From positions 1 through 64,000 of the forward strand of contig CAXNJO010000004.1 in NCBI GenBank assembly GCA_964202905.1: 64,000 nucleotides of DNA, written 5' to 3'. This stretch comes from Polyangiales bacterium. GTDB taxonomy: Bacteria > Myxococcota_A > Polyangia > Polyangiales > JADJQN01. Made by a program: the position numbers and the translations under genes. Shown here piece by piece: positions 59,935 through 64,000 of this stretch (its first letter is position 1; each line of letters starts with the position of its first letter). The notes beneath the pieces are model-generated. The model saw only the letters and a list, made by a program, of their open reading frames with translations, was not told the origin of the DNA and made no database searches.

Positions 59935-62118
59935 ATGGCGTCTCGCGTGGCCGCACCGCTCGTGATCGTCGCGCTCCTCGCGCTCCTCGCGCCGACGTTC
60001 GCGCGCGCGCAGGTGCCACCCACCGCGCCGACGACCGCGTCGGGCGCGGCCACTCCGGCGGCGCCGTCGATGGCGGGCGTCTCGGGCGACGAGTCGGAGG
60101 AGCTGCGGGCGCTGCGCCTCGCCGAGCAGGCGCTCGAGGGCGAGCCGGGCGAGGGCGTGCAACCGCTCGTCTCGGGCGAGATGCCCGAGGCGCTCACGTC
60201 CGACGTCATCCCAGCGACGCCGCCCCGCGCGCTCGGCGAGCGTGACCTCAGCGCGTTGCAGGGGCTCGTGCTGCCGGACCTGCCCGTGCGCTGGGACGCG
60301 CGCGTCGTCGAATACCTGCGCTTCTTCAAGGACGACGCGCGGGGCCGGGCGCTGATGGCGGGCTGGCTGCGCCGTGTGCCTCGGCACGAGCGCGGGATCC
60401 GCGAGGCGCTGCGTGCGGCCGCCGTGCCCGAAGACCTGCTCTACGTCGCGATGGTGGAGAGCGGCTTCGACCCGGTCGCACGCTCGGGCGTGGGGGCCGT
60501 CGGGATGTGGCAGTTCGTGCAAGGCACGGGCGAGGAGTACGGCCTGCGGCGTGACCACTGGGTCGATGCGCGGATGAGCCCCGAGGCCGCGACCGCCGCC
60601 GCGGCCCGCTATCTGGGGGACTTGCACCGCCGCTTCGGGTCCTGGGAGCTTGCGCTCGCCGCGTACAACATGGGGTACGGCGCGCTCCTGCGCGCGATCC
60701 GCAAATACAACACCAACGACTTCTGGACGCTCGCGTCGGTCGAGGCGGGACTGCCGTTCGAGACGACGCTCTACGTCGCGAAGATCATGGCCTGTGCCGT
60801 CGTCGGCCGGAACCCCGCGCGCTTCGGCTTCGGCGCCGTCCCCGTGGAGAGTGACCGGCCCCTCACGACGGTCGAGGTGCCGGGTGGGATGCTGGTCTCC
60901 GTGCTCGCGCGCGCCGCCGACCTCGGCGCGACCGACCTGGCGCGGATGAACCCGGAGCTGCGGCGCGGCCGCACGCCGCCCGGGGACGCGGCGTTCCGCT
61001 TGCGTGTGCCGGCCGACCGCGCCGACGCGTTCGTACGGCAGCTCCCCCGGGTGCGGGGCGCGCGGCCCACGGAGCGTCCGTACGTCGTCCGCTTCGGCGA
61101 GACCCTCGACGATGTCGCGGCCCGTTTCCGCACGACGACGAGCGCGCTCGTGCGCACGAACGAGCTCGAGGACGCGCGCGTCCGCGTCGGCTTCACCCTG
61201 ATGGTCCCCGACGTCGCGCCGCGTGAGCCCGCGGCCGCCGAGCCGCCCGTCGTCACTGTCCCCGACCAGCGCTTCAGCTACGCGGGCCGTCGGCGCGTGT
61301 TCTACCGCGTCGCCGAGGGCGATGAGACCGCTGAGATCGCCCGCTTTTTCGGTGTCACGCTCGACGACCTCCGTCGCTGGAACGGCGTCGAGCCCACCGC
61401 GACCCTGCAGCGCGGGATGTTCCTGCAGCTGTTCGTCCCGGCGTCGCGCGATCTCTCGCGCGCCCTCGTGCTCGCCGAGGGCGACGCGCGTGTGCTCGTC
61501 GTCGGCTCCGACGAGTTCTTCGACTACCACGAGGCGCAGCGCGGGCGTGTCCGCATCCGCTACCGCGTGCGTTCCGGCGACACCGTCGCGAGCGTCGCCC
61601 GAGGCTTCGATCTCAGCCCCGGCTCGCTCGCGCGGATCAACCGCTTCGATCGCAGCGCGACGCTTCGCGTCGATCAGGAGATCGTCGTCTACGCGCCGCG
61701 TACGGCGGATTCGTCCGCACCGACGACCGACGCCCCCACGCCCCCCGTCGCCGGTGCAGACGCCGCAGCGGCAGCGACGACACCCGCGCCGGCCGTTGCC
61801 GCGCCCACGGTCGGCGGTCTCCCCGTGCCCCCCGCGAACGCCGCGCCTGCGCCGCCCGCATCACCTGCGCCGCCCTCACCGCCTGCGCAGAGCGCACCGC
61901 CTGCGGCAGGCGGGTCAGGCTCCCCCGCCCCCTGCGCCCGACGCCCCGCTGGGCTCAGAAATCGCGGCGGATCCGCAGTAGCTCACGGAAATCGTGCGCC
62001 GCGCGGAGCTGTTCGAAGCTCGGGTCGAGCAGCAAGTCCTCGTCGCGCACCTGCCCGTTCGCGTATGCCTGCCGGGTCGCGGCCCACCACTGCGCGACGT
62101 TCGGGACCGCGGGCATGA
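59935..62118 (+). CDS. MltD-like lytic murein transglycosylase with LysM domains (3' end uncertain)
   Basis: AMVESGF catalytic Glu, AVGMWQF, LALAAYNMG, ETTLYV; several LysM repeats; Pro/Ala tail overlapping the convergent gene. Confidence 0.88.
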   Translation: MASRVAAPLVIVALLALLAPTFARAQVPPTAPTTASGAATPAAPSMAGVSGDESEELRALRLAEQALEGEPGEGVQPLVSGEMPEALTSDVIPATPPRALGERDLSALQGLVLPDLPVRWDARVVEYLRFFKDDARGRALMAGWLRRVPRHERGIREALRAAAVPEDLLYVAMVESGFDPVARSGVGAVGMWQFVQGTGEEYGLRRDHWVDARMSPEAATAAAARYLGDLHRRFGSWELALAAYNMGYGALLRAIRKYNTNDFWTLASVEAGLPFETTLYVAKIMACAVVGRNPARFGFGAVPVESDRPLTTVEVPGGMLVSVLARAADLGATDLARMNPELRRGRTPPGDAAFRLRVPADRADAFVRQLPRVRGARPTERPYVVRFGETLDDVAARFRTTTSALVRTNELEDARVRVGFTLMVPDVAPREPAAAEPPVVTVPDQRFSYAGRRRVFYRVAEGDETAEIARFFGVTLDDLRRWNGVEPTATLQRGMFLQLFVPASRDLSRALVLAEGDARVLVVGSDEFFDYHEAQRGRVRIRYRVRSGDTVASVARGFDLSPGSLARINRFDRSATLRVDQEIVVYAPRTADSSAPTTDAPTPPVAGADAAAAATTPAPAVAAPTVGGLPVPPANAAPAPPASPAPPSPPAQSAPPAAGGSGSPAPCARRPAGLRNRGGSAVAHGNRAPRGAVRSSGRAASPRRAPARSRMPAGSRPTTARRSGPRA

Positions 62119-63073
62119 CGCTCACGCGCGACGGGCGCGTCTCGGGCAGCCCCGTGTGGTTCACGAGGGAGTGACGCACGGAGGCGACCTGCTCCTTGTC
62201 CTCGGTCTCGACCGACTGGGCAGCGAGCTGGTCGAGGAGGCGCGTGCAGGTCGCGAGTTGGCTCGCGCCCACGGGCAACTTGCCGAGCACGTCTGCGACG
62301 CGTCCCGGCGTCGTCTCGCGCTGCGCCCAGCGCTCGGCCGGCGCGCGCGCGGCGAGGCGCGTCGCGGCCTCGAGCGCGGCGTCGCGATCCCCGAGCAGCG
62401 CCGCGATCTTCAGGGCCTCCCAGTCGCACCACGGGAGCGACGGCACGCAGCGCGCCGCGCGCAGGTAGCTCCGCAGGGCGTCCTCGGGGCGACCGGCCCG
62501 CTTGAGCGCATGGGCGACGGTCGCGTGCGCGCTCGCGACGTCGGACTCGATGCCCGCGTGCCGCTCGCCCGCATGGAGGTACTTGTCGAGCGTGAACGCA
62601 TCGAAGAAGTCCGGGGACGTCCACTCGGCCACCATCGTCCGGCACCAGCCGTCGAAGGTGCGGTACACGAGTCGCACCTCCCCCGTCTCCGCGAAGAAAT
62701 CGACGATCGGCCACGTGTCGGCCACGGGACCGGCGCTCCGGTCGAACGCGAGCAGCGCGCCCTCGTCGTTGCGGTGGAAGGGCAGCGGCAGCTCGGGGTC
62801 GAGGAAGGACCGGCCCAGGTGCTCGGCGAGGTCCTTCAGCGCGGACTCCGAGGTGTCGCCCACGGGCGCGCCGACGCCGAGCAGCGTGCCGATCGGCAGC
62901 TTCGCGCCGTTGAACTTGGAGAGCGCGAGGCGGAAGTCCGCGGGGAGCGGGCTGCCGATTTGGTGCTCGAGTTGGGAGAGCGTTGCGGCCGGGCACGCGG
63001 CGTTCGGCTGAATGCCGAGCGCCTCGCCCTGCGTGAGCACCACCCGCATGAAGTCCTGGACGCCGCGATGCAT
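61955..63073 (-). CDS. SMI1/KNR4 (SUKH)-like domain protein with TPR-like C-terminus
   Basis: LSQLEHQIGSPLPADFR...FNG, and LVYRTFDGW resembling the SMI1 end motif; helical repeats follow. Confidence 0.7.
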   Translation of the reverse strand: MHRGVQDFMRVVLTQGEALGIQPNAACPAATLSQLEHQIGSPLPADFRLALSKFNGAKLPIGTLLGVGAPVGDTSESALKDLAEHLGRSFLDPELPLPFHRNDEGALLAFDRSAGPVADTWPIVDFFAETGEVRLVYRTFDGWCRTMVAEWTSPDFFDAFTLDKYLHAGERHAGIESDVASAHATVAHALKRAGRPEDALRSYLRAARCVPSLPWCDWEALKIAALLGDRDAALEAATRLAARAPAERWAQRETTPGRVADVLGKLPVGASQLATCTRLLDQLAAQSVETEDKEQVASVRHSLVNHTGLPETRPSRVSVMPAVPNVAQWWAATRQAYANGQVRDEDLLLDPSFEQLRAAHDFRELLRIRRDF

Positions 63074-63253
63074 GACGCGCGCAGACTAACAACAAACGCG
63101 GCGCGCGTGGAGGCCCGAGGCATCGCGCGTCCGGTGTCGGTCGAGTCCGCGGGGAAGGGCGGACGTTGCGCCACTCAGGACGACGCCACGAGCGCGTGAT
63201 CCGCACAGACCTTCCCGCGGGTGCGGTGCCCTGCGCCCCGGCGAGCGCGTCGC

Positions 63254-64000
63254 TCAGAAGCAGACGCGGTTGCGGCCCGAGCGCTTGGCTTCGTAGAGCT
63301 TTTCGTCGGCGGACTTGAGAAAGGCGAGGACGTCCCACCGCTCTTCCAGCTGCGCGATGCCGATGGAGACCGTGACGGGGATGCTCTCGCCCTCGAACAC
63401 GAATCGACGCTTCTCCACGAGTTCGCGCAGATCTTCGGAGATGCGCACCGCCCCGTCGCGCGGGGTCTCGGGGAGGGCGATGCTGAATTCCTCGCCGCCG
63501 TAGCGCGCGAGGATGTCGTCCGGGCGCAGGCGTGTGCGCACGAGGTTCGCGAGCTCCTTGAGGACGTAGTCGCCCGCGAGGTGGCCGAACGAGTCGTTCA
63601 CGGTCTTGAAGTAGTCGATGTCGAGCATCGCGAGGGAGAGCGGTCGCTGGTGGCGGCGGGCCCGCGGGATCTCGCGCTCGAGCGACTCAAGCAGGAAACG
63701 CTTGTTGTTGGCGCCGGTGAGACCATCGATGATGGTCATCTTGTAGATGGTCTCGTGGTACTGCGCCTCGACGTCGGAGCCGCTCAGGAACTTGAGGATC
63801 GTGTCGCCGACCTTGACCTGATCGCCCCGCCGGAGCTGGTACTCCTTGACCTGCTCGTCGTTGACGTAGGTGCCGTTGGTCGAGTCGTTGTCGAGGACGA
63901 CCCAGCTGCGCACCTTCCGCTCGATGCGGCAGTGCCGACGCGACACGGAGTCGTTCTCGAGGACGACGGTGTTCTCGCTGCCACGGCCGAGGCTGAGGCC
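63254..64000 (-). CDS. FHA-GGDEF diguanylate cyclase, 5' partial
   Basis: Frame open to 64000 (GLSLGRGSEN...VSRRH...DNDSTNGT), DGLTG, DIDYFK, RPDD I-site, RYGGEEF. Confidence 0.93.
   Translation of the reverse strand, partial: GLSLGRGSENTVVLENDSVSRRHCRIERKVRSWVVLDNDSTNGTYVNDEQVKEYQLRRGDQVKVGDTILKFLSGSDVEAQYHETIYKMTIIDGLTGANNKRFLLESLEREIPRARRHQRPLSLAMLDIDYFKTVNDSFGHLAGDYVLKELANLVRTRLRPDDILARYGGEEFSIALPETPRDGAVRISEDLRELVEKRRFVFEGESIPVTVSIGIAQLEERWDVLAFLKSADEKLYEAKRSGRNRVCF

Noticed and set aside
61921..62118. Functional 164-bp overlap between the MltD-like and SMI1-like genes
   Set aside because: Removing one C in the run near 61928-61932 would end the protein at 61981. Given other indels in the window, an artefact or neutral read-through is more likely.

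Overview
Very GC-rich (roughly three quarters G+C by eye) chromosomal segment, most likely from a Myxococcota bacterium. This is inferred from PilB, several FHA / Ser-Thr kinase / GAF signalling genes, large lipoproteins and MoxR-vWA clusters. It is densely coding with about 48 genes: pyrC-carA, a 3-oxoacid CoA-transferase pair, pilB, prmC, groES-groEL with a CIRCE operator, rpoZ, accA, a DksA/TraR gene, an MltD-like lytic transglycosylase, FHA-linked adenylate/guanylate and diguanylate cyclases, and two parallel MoxR AAA+ / DUF58 / vWA operons. I saw no rRNA, tRNA, CRISPR array or mobile element. Most notable observations: (1) both MoxR operons start with a long membrane-anchored coiled-coil protein ending in the same P-x-G-[WY]-x3-VRRY[YF]-x2-I tail behind a Gly- or Gln/Gly-rich linker; (2) many first-of-operon genes have a TGnTANNNT-like -10 box only 6-9 nt before the start codon, suggesting pervasive leaderless transcription; (3) a giant lipoprotein is coupled to a FadL-like channel that carries an unusual NPYR-repeat tail; (4) a shared AGCCAGCCGGCTG motif flanks a pectinacetylesterase-like gene as a tandem array on one side and a palindrome on the other; (5) several frameshifts, including one in rpoZ, that are more likely assembly indels than biology. 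All family assignments come from motif recognition only; no database search was run.
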